The position numbers and the translations under genes are program-made. The notes beneath the pieces are model-generated. The model was not told where the DNA came from, did not search any database, and saw only the letters and a list, made by a program, of their open reading frames with translations. DNA of 64,000 nucleotides, taken from an uncultured Rhodobacterales bacterium (GTDB lineage: Bacteria > Pseudomonadota > Alphaproteobacteria > Rhodobacterales > Rhodobacteraceae). Shown piece by piece: positions 21,893-32,520 of this stretch. Within the stretch, counting starts at the first letter, position 1; every line of letters starts with the position of its first letter. The DNA is taken from positions 22,886-86,885 of the forward strand of contig CAZNSP010000014.1 of NCBI GenBank assembly GCA_964575795.1. The letters are read 5' to 3'.

Positions 21893-23119
21893 ATGCAGAC
21901 GGATTGCGATGTCCTGATCGTCGGCGGCGGCCTGAACGGCCCTGCGCTCGCCCTTGCCCTCGCCGCTGGCGGGATCGGCTCGATCGTGCTCGACGCCCAG
22001 CCGCGCACGACCCATGCCGACCCGGAGTTCGACGGCCGGGCCTATGCCCTCGCGCTCTCCTCGCGGCGCATGCTCGCGGCCCTCGGCCTCTGGTCCCGCG
22101 TCGGCCAGCACGCCCAGCCGATCAACGAGATCAAGATCAGCGACGGCCGCGCCGGCGAGGGCGCCGCGCCATGGTTCCTGCATTTCGACCACCGCGAGAT
22201 CGAGGAGGGCCCGATGGGCCATTTCCTCGAGGACCGGTTCCTCCGCGCCGCCCTCCTCGAGGCGATGGACGCCAGCCCCCGCATCGACCATCGCCCCGGC
22301 ACCGAGGTCGTGGCCCAGTCCGTCGAGGGCCCAACCGCCTGCGTCACCCTCGCCGACGGCACCGTCCTGCGCGCCCGGCTCATCGTCGGCTGCGACGGCC
22401 GGGCGAGCGGCACCGCGGCCCGCGCCGGCATCGGCCGGATCGGCTGGGACTACGGCCAGACCTCGCTCGTCTGCGCCGTCGAACACGAACTTCGCCATCA
22501 CGGCGTGGCGCATCAGTTCTTCATGCCCGAAGGTCCGCTCGCGATCCTGCCGCTGCCCGGCAACCGCTCCTCCATCGTCTGGACCGAGGAAACCGGCCGT
22601 GCCGCGGCGATCCAGGCCATGGACGACGAGGCCTACCTCGCCACGCTCCGCCCGCGCTTCGGCGACTTCCTCGGCGACATCCGGCTCGCCGGCAGCCGCT
22701 ACACCTATCCGCTCTCGCTCTCGCTCGCCGACAGCTTCACCGCCGAGCGCCTCGCGCTCGCCGGCGATGCCGCCCACGGCATCCACCCACTCGCCGGCCA
22801 GGGGCTGAACCTCGGCCTGCGCGACGTGGCAGCGCTGGCCGAGGTCGTCGTCGCCGCCCATCGCCGGGGTCAGGACATCGGCGCGCCGGACGTGCTCGCC
22901 GAATACCGCCGCTGGCGGCGCATCGACACGCTGATGCTCGCCGCCGCGACCGACGGCATCAACCGCCTCTTCTCGAACGACAATCCGATCCTGCGCGCCG
23001 GCCGCGACCTCGGCCTCGGCCTCGTCAACCGCCTGCCCGCGCTGCGCCGGACCCTGATCCGCGAGGCGGCCGGCCTCTCGGGCGACCTGCCGCGCCTCCT
23101 GCAGGGCCGCCCGATCTGA
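21893..23119 (+). CDS. UbiH/UbiL-family FAD-dependent hydroxylase (ubiquinone biosynthesis)
   Basis: GGGLNG, CDG, GDAAHGIHPLAGQGLNLGLRD. Confidence 0.9.
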   Translation: MQTDCDVLIVGGGLNGPALALALAAGGIGSIVLDAQPRTTHADPEFDGRAYALALSSRRMLAALGLWSRVGQHAQPINEIKISDGRAGEGAAPWFLHFDHREIEEGPMGHFLEDRFLRAALLEAMDASPRIDHRPGTEVVAQSVEGPTACVTLADGTVLRARLIVGCDGRASGTAARAGIGRIGWDYGQTSLVCAVEHELRHHGVAHQFFMPEGPLAILPLPGNRSSIVWTEETGRAAAIQAMDDEAYLATLRPRFGDFLGDIRLAGSRYTYPLSLSLADSFTAERLALAGDAAHGIHPLAGQGLNLGLRDVAALAEVVVAAHRRGQDIGAPDVLAEYRRWRRIDTLMLAAATDGINRLFSNDNPILRAGRDLGLGLVNRLPALRRTLIREAAGLSGDLPRLLQGRPI

Positions 23120-23135
23120 TCGCCGCAAATTCCTC

Positions 23136-23164
23136 TGGACAGCGCGGTTTCGGTGTCCTAGTCA
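23136..23164 (+). promoter_or_regulatory. Candidate sigma70 promoter of tRNA-Phe
   Basis: TGGACA-N17-TAGTCA about 30 nt upstream of the tRNA. Confidence 0.4.
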
Positions 23165-23195
23165 CGGGCGCGTCGGCGGCCAGCGGTCCCGACAC

Positions 23196-23270
23196 GCCCG
23201 GGTAGCTCAGGGGTAGAGCAGCGGATTGAAAATCCGCGTGTCGGTGGTTCAAATCCGCCCCCGGGCACCA
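23196..23270 (+). tRNA. tRNA-Phe (GAA)
   Basis: Cloverleaf: acceptor GCCCGGG/CCCGGGC, D arm GCTC/GAGC, anticodon arm GCGGA-TTGAAAA-TCCGC, T loop TTCAAAT, encoded CCA. Confidence 0.97.
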
Positions 23271-23410
23271 CAGCCCCCGAGACCCGACAGCACCCGGCCG
23301 ATCCACCGCACGACGCCGCTGGACATCACCGCTATCCGGCACGAGAATCGGGCAGCCGCAACTTCCGAGGACCCCATGACGGCCTTCCCCGGCGCCTTGG
23401 ACCGCCGCTG

Positions 23411-24082
23411 ATGCACGTCGTCGTCCGCGACATCCCCCGCGCCGAGCCCGAGATCATCGCCGGCCTCGCGGCCTGCGGCGTCGCCACCGTGCACGAGGCG
23501 CAGGGCCGCACCGGTCTCATGCGCGCCTTCATGCGCCCGATCTGGCCCGGCGCGCAGATCGCCGGCTCGGCCGTCACGATCTCCGCCCCGCCCGGCGACA
23601 ACTGGATGCTGCATGTCGCGATCGCCGAGCTGACCCCCGGCGACATCCTCGTGCTCGCCCCCACCAGCCCCTGCGACGACGGCTATTTCGGCGACCTCCT
23701 CGCCGTCTCCGCCCGCGCCCGCGGCTGTGCCGGGCTGGTCATCGAGGCCGGGGTGCGGGACGTCCGCGACCTGACCGCCATGGCCTTCCCGGTCTGGTCG
23801 AAATGCGTCAGCGCCCAGGGCACGGTTAAGGAAAGCCTCGGCTCGGTCAACGTGCCAATCGTCTGCGCCGGCGCCCGGGTGAACCCCGGCGACGTGATCG
23901 TGGCCGACGACGACGGCGTCTGCGTCGTCCCCCGCACCGATGCCCCGGCCGTGCTGGAAAAGGCCCGCGCCCGCCTCGCCGCCGAGGAGGACAAGCGCCG
24001 TCACCTCGCCGCCGGCGAATCGAGCCTCGACCTCTACGACCTGCGCGCGCGGCTGGCGGCGAAGGGCCTCAGGTACATCTGA
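23411..24082 (+). CDS. ligK: 4-carboxy-4-hydroxy-2-oxoadipate aldolase (RraA/LigK family)
   Basis: [37 protein letters not shown]. Confidence 0.85.
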   Translation: MHVVVRDIPRAEPEIIAGLAACGVATVHEAQGRTGLMRAFMRPIWPGAQIAGSAVTISAPPGDNWMLHVAIAELTPGDILVLAPTSPCDDGYFGDLLAVSARARGCAGLVIEAGVRDVRDLTAMAFPVWSKCVSAQGTVKESLGSVNVPIVCAGARVNPGDVIVADDDGVCVVPRTDAPAVLEKARARLAAEEDKRRHLAAGESSLDLYDLRARLAAKGLRYI

Positions 24083-24084
24083 CC

Positions 24085-24114
24085 GCGGACCGGGTGACGT
24101 GCCGCCCGGTCCGC
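24085..24114 (+). terminator. GC-rich hairpin directly after ligK (no U-tract)
   Basis: GCGGACCGGG...CCCGGTCCGC, a perfect 10-bp stem. Confidence 0.4.
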
Positions 24115-24255
24115 AGCCGCGCGACCGCACCCAGGCCGCCCCGGCACACCGATTCGCCCCGCACCCACGGGGCGACGACAACGCCCACCGGCATCCGCTT
24201 CCCCGCCCGCGGCATTCCCGCTAGGCTCGCGGCAACCGCCGTCTGCGAGGATTCC

Positions 24256-25875
24256 ATGCCCCACGCCCATGCCGACCTGCCCCGCACGCCCGCCAACCAC
24301 GTGCCGCTCTCGCCCACGGGCTTCCTGCGCAAGGCGGCGGCGGTCTTCCCGGACCGCACGGCGGTCGTCTACGGCGCGACCCGGCGCAGCTGGGCCGAGA
24401 CCCACGCCCGCTGCAAACGCTTCGCCTCGGCGCTGACCCGCGCCGGCCTCGCCCCGGGCGAGACCGTCGCGGTCATGGCAACGAACACGCCCGAACTCTA
24501 CGAGGCGCATTTCGGCGTGCCGATGGCGGGCGGCGTGCTCAACGCGCTCAACTGCCGGCTCGACGCGCGGACGATCGCCTACATCCTCGACCATGCCGAG
24601 GCGAAGGTGCTGATCACCGACCGCGAATTCTCCGCCACCATCGCCGAGGCGCTGTCCCTCGCCACCGCCCGCCCCATCGTCATCGACATCGACGACCCCG
24701 CCGCGCCCGGCGGCGACCTGATCGGCACGATGGAATACGAGGCCTTCCTCGCCGGCGGCGACCCGGATTTCGCGCCCCTGCCCGTCGCCGACGAATGGGA
24801 CGCCATCTCGATCAACTACACCTCGGGCACCACCGGCAACCCGAAGGGCGTGGTCTACCACCACCGCGGCGCGTATCTGAACGCCATCGGCAACACGCTC
24901 GAATGGTCGATGCCGATGCACCCGACCTACCTCTGGACCCTGCCGATGTTCCACTGCAACGGCTGGTGCTTCCCCTGGACCATCGCCGCCAAGGCCGGCA
25001 CCAACGTCTGCCTGCGCAAGGTCACGGCCCGCGCGATCTACGACGCCATCGCCGACCACGGCGTCGACCATCTCTGCGGCGCGCCGATCGTGCTCGGCTT
25101 CATGATCAACGCAGGGCATGACGAGCGTCGCTCCTTCACCCACCGCTGCCGGGTCATGACCGCCGCCGCCCCGCCGCCCGCCGCCGTGCTCCAGGCCATG
25201 GCCGAGCAGGGCTTCGACGTCACCCATGTCTACGGCCTGACCGAGGTCTACGGCCCCGCCGTCGCCTGCGCCTGGCACGACGACTGGTCCGATCTGCCGA
25301 TGGCCGAACAGGCCGCGCTCAAGTCCCGGCAGGGCGTCGCCTATCTCGTGCAGGAGGAGGTGACGGTGGCCGATCCGCAGACCCTCGCCCCGGTCCCCGC
25401 CGACGGCGCGACCATGGGCGAGGTCATGATGCGCGGCAACATCACCATGAAGGGCTACCTGAAGGACCCGGATGCCACCGCGAAGGCCTTCGCCGGCGGC
25501 TGGTTCCACACCGGCGATCTCGGCGTGATGCACCCCGACGGCTATCTCCAGCTCAAGGACCGCGCCAAGGACATCATCATCTCCGGCGGCGAGAACATCT
25601 CCTCGATCGAGATCGAGAACGTGCTGCACGCCCATCCCGCCGTCGCCCTCGCCGCGGTGGTGGCGCGGCCCGACGACAAGTGGGGCGAGACCCCTTGCGC
25701 CTTCGTGGAACTGAAACCCGGCGCCAGCCTGACCGAGGCCGAGGTCATCGCCTTCTGCCGCGACAACCTCGCCCACTTCAAATGCCCGCGCGCGGTCGTC
25801 TTCGGCGAACTGCCCAAGACCTCCACCGGCAAGGTCCAGAAGGGGCCGCTCCGCACCGTCGCCGCCGGGCTCTGA
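24256..25875 (+). CDS. Acyl-CoA synthetase (AMP-binding family)
   Basis: YTSGTTGNPKG, YGLTE, TGD, GGENISS. Confidence 0.92.
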   Translation: MPHAHADLPRTPANHVPLSPTGFLRKAAAVFPDRTAVVYGATRRSWAETHARCKRFASALTRAGLAPGETVAVMATNTPELYEAHFGVPMAGGVLNALNCRLDARTIAYILDHAEAKVLITDREFSATIAEALSLATARPIVIDIDDPAAPGGDLIGTMEYEAFLAGGDPDFAPLPVADEWDAISINYTSGTTGNPKGVVYHHRGAYLNAIGNTLEWSMPMHPTYLWTLPMFHCNGWCFPWTIAAKAGTNVCLRKVTARAIYDAIADHGVDHLCGAPIVLGFMINAGHDERRSFTHRCRVMTAAAPPPAAVLQAMAEQGFDVTHVYGLTEVYGPAVACAWHDDWSDLPMAEQAALKSRQGVAYLVQEEVTVADPQTLAPVPADGATMGEVMMRGNITMKGYLKDPDATAKAFAGGWFHTGDLGVMHPDGYLQLKDRAKDIIISGGENISSIEIENVLHAHPAVALAAVVARPDDKWGETPCAFVELKPGASLTEAEVIAFCRDNLAHFKCPRAVVFGELPKTSTGKVQKGPLRTVAAGL

Positions 25876-25887
25876 GCGGCGGCGCGC

Positions 25888-26853
25888 TCAGCCCGCGGTG
25901 ATCGTCCGCGCGAAGAGGCCCGCGTCCACGTTCCCGCCCGTCGCCACCGCGATCACCGCCTCGCCCGCGACCTCCTCCGGCCGGAAGAGCGCCGCGGCCA
26001 GCGCCACCGCGCCGCCGGGCTCCAGCACGATCCGCAGGTGCCGGAAGGCGAGCCGCACCGCCGCCAGCGCCTCGTCGTCGCTCACCACCAGCCCCGGCCC
26101 GGCCAGCCGCTGCAACACCGGAAAGGTCAGCCGCCCCGGCATCGGCGTCAGGATCGCGTCGCAAACCGAGCCCGAGGTCCTCGCGTTGCCGACCCGCTCC
26201 CCCGCCGCCAGCGACCGCGCGGTGTCGTCGAAGCCCTCCGGCTCCACCGTGCGCACGCGCAGTCCCGGCGCCTCCGCCTCCAGCGCCAGCGCGATCCCCG
26301 CGCTCAGCCCCCCGCCGCCGCAGCAGACCAGCACGTCGGCACGCTCCACGCCCTCCGCCGCCGCCTGTTCGGCGAGTTCCAGCCCCACCGTGCCCTGCCC
26401 GGCGATCACCTCCGGATGATCGAAGGGCGGGATCAGGACCAGCCCCCGCTCGGCGGCCAGCCGGGCGCCGAGCGCGTCGCGGTCCTCGCGCGACCGGTCG
26501 TAGGTCACCACCTCCGCCCCCCAGTCCCGCGTCGCCGCGATCTTCACCTCGGGCGCATCCGCCGGCATCAGGATCACCGCCGGCAGCCCGTGCGCCGCCG
26601 CCGCCCGCGCCACCCCCTGCGCATGGTTGCCCGAGGACATGGCGAGCACCCCCGCCGCCCCCTCCGTCAGCGCCGAGACCGCCGCCCAGCCGCCGCGGGC
26701 CTTGAAGCTGCCGGTCAGCTGCAGGCTCTCGGACTTCACCAGCACCCGCCGCCCCGCGATCCGGTCGAGCGCCGCGGCCGACAGGATCGGCGTCACCCGC
26801 ACATGCCCCTTCAGCCGCGCCGCCGCCGCCCGGATCGCGGCGATGTCGCTCAC
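25888..26853 (-). CDS. Threonine/serine dehydratase (PLP fold II)
   Basis: GTG start overlapping the upstream stop; KSESLQLTGSFKARG, SSGNHAQG, GQGTVG, TGGN. Confidence 0.88.
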   Translation of the reverse strand: MSDIAAIRAAAARLKGHVRVTPILSAAALDRIAGRRVLVKSESLQLTGSFKARGGWAAVSALTEGAAGVLAMSSGNHAQGVARAAAAHGLPAVILMPADAPEVKIAATRDWGAEVVTYDRSREDRDALGARLAAERGLVLIPPFDHPEVIAGQGTVGLELAEQAAAEGVERADVLVCCGGGGLSAGIALALEAEAPGLRVRTVEPEGFDDTARSLAAGERVGNARTSGSVCDAILTPMPGRLTFPVLQRLAGPGLVVSDDEALAAVRLAFRHLRIVLEPGGAVALAAALFRPEEVAGEAVIAVATGGNVDAGLFARTITAG

Positions 26854-27683
26854 GCCTCCACCCGCGCGATCAGCGCCTCCAGCGCGCCGAGGCTCTCCGG
26901 CTCGTCGAGGAACGGCACATGACCGCGGTCCGGCACCTCCGCGACGATCAGGTCGGGCCGCCGCGCCAGCATCGCCGCCACCGTCTCGGCACTCAGCAGC
27001 GTCGAGTTCGCCCCCCGCACCACCGCGGTCGGCACGCCCGCCAGCGCATCGAAGAGCGGCCACATGTCCCCCGCCGGCTGGGCCGAGGCCGCCTCGACCG
27101 CGTCGCGCAGCTTCGGGTCGTAGTTCAGCACCAGCCCCTCCGGCCCCTCGTCGAACCAGCGCCGCGCCAGCACCTGCCACTTCTCCTCCGGCAGCCCGGG
27201 GAACTCCGCCCCCATCCGCGCCTTCAGCGCGCCCGCGACCTCCGCATGGGTCTTCGCCCGCGGGGTCACGCCCAGATAGGTCATGATCGTGGCCAGCCCC
27301 TCGCCGCCGATCTCCGGCCCGATGTCGTTCAACAGGACCCCGGCCAGCCGCTCCTTCGCCGCCATCGCCAGCACCATGGCGATCAGCCCCCCGCGCGACG
27401 TGCCGACGATCACCGCCCGTTCCAGCCCCAGATGGTCGAGGAACTCCAGCACGTCCCGCGCCTCGACCGGCACCACGTAGTTGAGGAAGTTCGGATCCCG
27501 GTCCGACGCCCCCCGCCCGCGCAGCGTCAGCCGGATCAGCCGGTGCCGCCCGCCCAGCGCCGCGGCGAGGTCGTCGAAATCCGAACCGTTCCGCGTCAGC
27601 CCCGGCAGGCAGACCAGCGGCAGGCCGCTGCCATCGTCGGAATAGGCGAGCGAAAGCCCGTCCGAGGTTGTGAACCGCATCAT
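26850..27683 (-). CDS. Alpha/beta hydrolase
   Basis: LPGLTRN, GTSRGG nucleophile elbow, GHVP. Confidence 0.88.
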   Translation of the reverse strand: MMRFTTSDGLSLAYSDDGSGLPLVCLPGLTRNGSDFDDLAAALGGRHRLIRLTLRGRGASDRDPNFLNYVVPVEARDVLEFLDHLGLERAVIVGTSRGGLIAMVLAMAAKERLAGVLLNDIGPEIGGEGLATIMTYLGVTPRAKTHAEVAGALKARMGAEFPGLPEEKWQVLARRWFDEGPEGLVLNYDPKLRDAVEAASAQPAGDMWPLFDALAGVPTAVVRGANSTLLSAETVAAMLARRPDLIVAEVPDRGHVPFLDEPESLGALEALIARVEA

Positions 27684-28366
27684 CCCTCCCGCGCCAGTTC
27701 CGGAATCCGGGTCAGGTCCGGCAGCACCCGCCGCGGCGTCCATGGGAGCCGGTCCATCGGCTCGCCCGCCCGGTTCACCCAGACCGTGTCGAAACCGTAG
27801 CCCGCCCCCGCCGCCGCGTCCCAGCCGTTCGACGACACGAAGAGCACGGCCTCGGGCGGCACTCCGAAGGTCTCGCCCACCAGGTCGTAGACCGCCCGCG
27901 CCGGCTTGAAGATGCCCACCGCCTCGACCGACAGGATCGCGTCGATCAGATCGCCGATCCCCGCACTCTCCACCGCCCCGTCCAGCATCGCCGGCGCCCC
28001 GTTCGACAGGATCGCGGTGCCGAGCCCCGCCTCGCGCAGCGCGGCCAGCATCCCCGGCACCTCCGGATAGGCCTCGAGCTGCCAGTAGAGCGCCAGCAGC
28101 CGCTCCCGCAGCTCCGCATCGCCCGCCAGACCGGCCGCCTCCAGCGCCCAGTCGAGCCCGTCCTGCGTCACCGTCCAGAAATCCGCATGGGCCCCGGTCA
28201 CCGCCCGCAGCCACGAATACTGCAGCTGTTTCGCCCGCCAGTCCCGCGCCACCTGCGCCCAGACCGCCGCCAGCGCCGCGCGCCCCGGTTCCTCCGCCGC
28301 CCGGCGCGCCGCGGCATTCACGTCGAAGAGCGTGCCATAGGCGTCGAAGACCACGACCTTGATCAT
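27680..28366 (-). CDS. Haloacid dehalogenase type II
   Basis: FDAYGTLFD, LSNG, FKP, VSSNGWD. Confidence 0.9.
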   Translation of the reverse strand: MIKVVVFDAYGTLFDVNAAARRAAEEPGRAALAAVWAQVARDWRAKQLQYSWLRAVTGAHADFWTVTQDGLDWALEAAGLAGDAELRERLLALYWQLEAYPEVPGMLAALREAGLGTAILSNGAPAMLDGAVESAGIGDLIDAILSVEAVGIFKPARAVYDLVGETFGVPPEAVLFVSSNGWDAAAGAGYGFDTVWVNRAGEPMDRLPWTPRRVLPDLTRIPELAREG

Positions 28367-28398
28367 CTCTTCGCCCCCCTGACGGCGCGGCCGCCGCC

Positions 28399-29185
<787 letters not shown>

Positions 29186-29193
<8 letters not shown>

Positions 29194-30412
29194 GATAGCG
29201 GCTCAGCGCCAGCGTGGCGTTCGTCCCCCCGAAGCCGAAGGAGTTGGAGATCACCGTGTCGAGTCCCGCGTTATCTATCCGCGTCGTCGCGATCTCGCCG
29301 GGGCGCAGCGCGGGGTCGAGCTCGGTGATGTTCGCCGAGGCGGTGATGAAGTCGTCCTTCAGCATCAGCAGGCAGTAGATCGCCTCCTGCACCCCGGTCG
29401 CGCCGAGGCTGTGCCCGGTCAGGCTCTTCGTCGAGCTGATCTTCGGCATGTGCTCCTCGCCGAAGACCCGGCGGATCGCCTCGACCTCCGAGATGTCGCC
29501 GACGGGCGTCGATGTGCCGTGGCTGTTCACATAGCCGACCTTGCGGTTGCCGATGGTCGAGGTCGCGAGCCGCATCGCCCGCTCGCCGCCTTCACCGCTC
29601 GGCGCCACCATGTCGTAGCCGTCCGAGGTCGCGCCATAGCCCGTCACCTCGGCATAGATCTTCGCCCCCCGCGCCTTCGCCCGCTCCAGCTCCTCCAGCA
29701 CCACGACCCCGCCGCCGCCGGCGATCACGAAGCCGTCGCGCGTCGCGTCATAGGCGCGGCTCGCCGTCGTGGGCGTGTCGTTGTACTTGGAGCTCATCGC
29801 CCCCATCGCGTCGAAGAGGCAGGAGAGCGTCCAGTCGAGCTCCTCGCCGCCGCCGGCGAAGACGATGTCCTGCTTGCCCCACTGGATCTGCTCGACACCG
29901 TTGCCGATGCAATGCGCGCTGGTGGAACAGGCCGAGGTGATCGAATAGTTGATCCCCTTGATCCGGAACGGCGTGGCCAGACAGGCGGAGTTCGTCGAGC
30001 TCATGCCCCTCGTCACCATGAACGGCCCCATGCGCTTGGGGCTGCCCTTCTCGATCACGATGCGATGCGCCTCGAACAGGTTCCTCGTCGAAGGCCCGCC
30101 CGAGCCCATGATCAGCCCGGTACGCTCGTTCGACACCTCGCCCGGCTCCAGCCCGCTGTCGGCGATCGCCTGCTCCATGGCGAGATAGTTGAACGCCGCC
30201 CCGTCGCCCATGAAGCGCATGTGCCGCTTGTCGATATGCTCGGCGGGGTCGAGCTTCGGCTTGCCGTGGACCTGGCTGCGGAAGCCGTGCTCGGCATAAT
30301 CGGGCGCGAAACTGATCCCCGACCGGCCCTCCTTCAGCGAGACCATGACCTCATCGGCGTCGTTGCCGATCGAGGAGACGATGCCGAGGCCGGTGATGAC
30401 GACACGGCGCAT
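29186..30412 (-). CDS. fabB: Beta-ketoacyl-ACP synthase I
   Basis: [27 protein letters not shown]. Confidence 0.95.
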
Positions 30413-30430
30413 GGCGGTCCTCCTTCGCGC

Positions 30431-30937
30431 TTATTCCTGGAACAGGCCGACCTTCATGTCGGTGGTGGTGTAGATCAGCTCGCCGTCCGCGCGCATCTCG
30501 CCGTTGGCGACGCCCATCTTCAGCTTGCGGTCGATCACCCGGGTGAAGTTCACCCGGTATTCGACCAGCTTCGTCTTCGGCGTCACCATCCCGGTGAACT
30601 TCACCTCGCCGACCCCGAGCGCCCGGCCCCGCCCCTGCATCCCGCGCCAGCCGAGGTTGAACCCGGTCAGCTGCCACAGCGCGTCGAGCCCGAGGCAGCC
30701 GGGCATCACGGGGTCGTTGATGAAATGGCAGGCGAAGAACCACAGGTCGGGGCGGATGTCGAACTCGGCCACCACATGGCCTTTGCCGTCCGGCCCGCCG
30801 TCGGCCGAGATGTCGGTGATCCGGTCGAACATCAGCATCGGCGGCGCGGGCAGCTGCGGGTTGCCGGGCCCGAACATCTCGCCGCGGGCGCAGGCCAGCA
30901 GCCCCTCGTAGTCGATGCTGCTCGGTCGATCGCCCAT
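30431..30937 (-). CDS. fabA: 3-hydroxydecanoyl-ACP dehydratase/isomerase
   Basis: Start MGDRPSS; [28 protein letters not shown]. Confidence 0.95.
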   Translation of the reverse strand: MGDRPSSIDYEGLLACARGEMFGPGNPQLPAPPMLMFDRITDISADGGPDGKGHVVAEFDIRPDLWFFACHFINDPVMPGCLGLDALWQLTGFNLGWRGMQGRGRALGVGEVKFTGMVTPKTKLVEYRVNFTRVIDRKLKMGVANGEMRADGELIYTTTDMKVGLFQE

Positions 30938-31052
30938 GCCCGGGGGTCCTCCGCGTGGTTTCCTGCGCCTCCCGGCGACCTCTAGCACCCCCGCCGCCGC
31001 GCGTGCAATAGCTTGACAATTGCGGGTCCGGCACACAGTTCCGCGTGAAGAG

Positions 31053-31068
31053 GCTGGAAATTTCCGGC
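31053..31068. promoter_or_regulatory. Imperfect palindrome in the fabA/irr divergent promoter
   Basis: GCTGGAAA-TTTCCGGC (core GGAAATTTCC is perfect); TTGACA at 31013-31018. Confidence 0.35.
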
Positions 31069-31090
31069 CCGTTCTGCTTAGGTTCGGACC

Positions 31091-31543
31091 ATGTCCCCGC
31101 AAGGCACCAGTGAGGAGAGCCTGCCCGACACCGCCGCGCGCCAGCGCGCCGCGGCCTGGCTCGGCGCCGCGGGCCTGCGCCCCACCCGCCAGCGCCTCGC
31201 GCTGGCCGAGCTCCTCGTCGGCGACGGCCGCAACCGCCACGTGACGGCCGAGAGCCTGCACGAAGCCGCGCTCGCCCAGACCGAGCCCGTCTCGCTCGCC
31301 ACCGTCTACAACACGCTCCGCGCCTTCTGCGACGCCGGCCTCCTGACCGAGGTCACCGTCGACGGCACCCGCTCCTATTTCGACACCCGCATCGACGACC
31401 ACCCCCACTACTACTGGGAAGAAAACGGCCACCTCACCGACGCCCCCGCCGACGCCATCCGCCTGATGGGCCAGCCCCGCCTCCCCGAAGGCGCCGAGCT
31501 GTCGCGGATCGACGTGGTTATCAGGTTGAGGAGAAGGGGGTAG
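31091..31543 (+). CDS. irr: Fur-family iron response regulator Irr
   Basis: [30 protein letters not shown]; divergent from fabA as in other alphaproteobacteria. Confidence 0.88.
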   Translation: MSPQGTSEESLPDTAARQRAAAWLGAAGLRPTRQRLALAELLVGDGRNRHVTAESLHEAALAQTEPVSLATVYNTLRAFCDAGLLTEVTVDGTRSYFDTRIDDHPHYYWEENGHLTDAPADAIRLMGQPRLPEGAELSRIDVVIRLRRRG

Positions 31544-31562
31544 GCGGCTTCGGTCTCGCCTA
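31541..31562. terminator. Hairpin between convergent irr and toxin-like ORF, with both stop codons in its arms
   Basis: TAGGCG-gc-TTCG-gt-ct-CGCCTA. Confidence 0.45.
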
Positions 31563-31982
31563 CGGCAGGCAGCCGAGTTCCTGGACGATGACTCGTACTC
31601 GAGCCGGAGACAGCTTGGGCGAAGCACGGACCGCTGCGCAAACCGCCTCCCGATCCGAGGCATGAATCGCCCCGACGATACCCTGCCGGCTCGGATTCAT
31701 CTGCCTGCCCAGCAGCAACTCGAGTTCCGCATCTGTAACGGTGATCAGATCACCGCCGCACCCGATGAAACTGTCATGTGCAAGAAACCGTGGATAAAGC
31801 GCATTAGAAAGCGGCGCGCACAATTCGGTATACTTCTGCGAGTTGATTCTCAGGAACCACAGATCGGCCCGCGAGACACAGACCCACATCTTGTGCTTGC
31901 TCGGGTTGGCCCTGTCGTCGAACGGGAACACGACATCCCAGGGCGCGAGTGCAGCAACCGTCGCAACCGGATCAAAGCACAA
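31560..31982 (-). CDS. Putative toxin, divergent PemK/MazF-like fold
   Basis: TTG start overlapping the upstream gene by 11 nt; block order [40 protein letters not shown] parallels PemK/MazF; low GC (31741-31860: 59/120 A+T by hand count). Confidence 0.6.
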   Translation of the reverse strand: MCFDPVATVAALAPWDVVFPFDDRANPSKHKMWVCVSRADLWFLRINSQKYTELCAPLSNALYPRFLAHDSFIGCGGDLITVTDAELELLLGRQMNPSRQGIVGAIHASDREAVCAAVRASPKLSPARVRVIVQELGCLP

Positions 31983-32520
31983 GGCGCGGACCCATCGCCT
32001 CCAGATCCTCGATCAGCTCGGCACGGCCCGGAAGATCGGGCCGGATCATGTCCTCGTAGGCCATCCGCTGCCCGTCCCGGCGAGTACCCTCGACCCAGTC
32101 CATGCCATGGGTCTCGCGCGTCCGCTGGTCGAACGTCATGGCTCTGCACTGCGCGAACGCGTCCCGCAGGATGTCCATTTCAACGGGCGCGATCTCGCTG
32201 TAGATTCGGGGCTCATTCCACCCCGGATTCAGCTTGACCCGGTAGCCCGTCCGCTCCCACGGGTATTCGTCTCGGGCGAGTTCGGTGAGCCAGTAGGGCT
32301 CGCACTTGAGCATCTCGTAGATCTCGAGCGGCACCGGACCGTAGTTCATGGCACGATAATTCGCCCCGAAGACCGGACGGCCGTGCTCGTTGAGCATCTG
32401 CTTGTCGGCGAAATACGCCGCCTTGAGGATAGTGTGGAAATCCACTTCCTTGCCGGCGTTCTCAAGCATCCACTCCACGGCCTGCAGAGCCTTCAAGGGA
32501 TTGAAGCGGAACTGGATCAC
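31972..32520 (-). CDS. Panacea-domain (DUF4065, SocA-like) antitoxin PanA
   Basis: GTG start 6 nt after GGAGGA; ILKAAYFAD, PVFGANYRAMNYGPVPLEIYEMLK, RETHGMDW match Panacea motifs (KLLY, GPV, TH..W). Confidence 0.85.
   Translation of the reverse strand: MIQFRFNPLKALQAVEWMLENAGKEVDFHTILKAAYFADKQMLNEHGRPVFGANYRAMNYGPVPLEIYEMLKCEPYWLTELARDEYPWERTGYRVKLNPGWNEPRIYSEIAPVEMDILRDAFAQCRAMTFDQRTRETHGMDWVEGTRRDGQRMAYEDMIRPDLPGRAELIEDLEAMGPRLVL

Noticed and set aside
23196-23410. Genomic island integrated at tRNA-Phe
   Set aside because: No integrase, no duplicated tRNA 3' end seen, and no compositional shift downstream.
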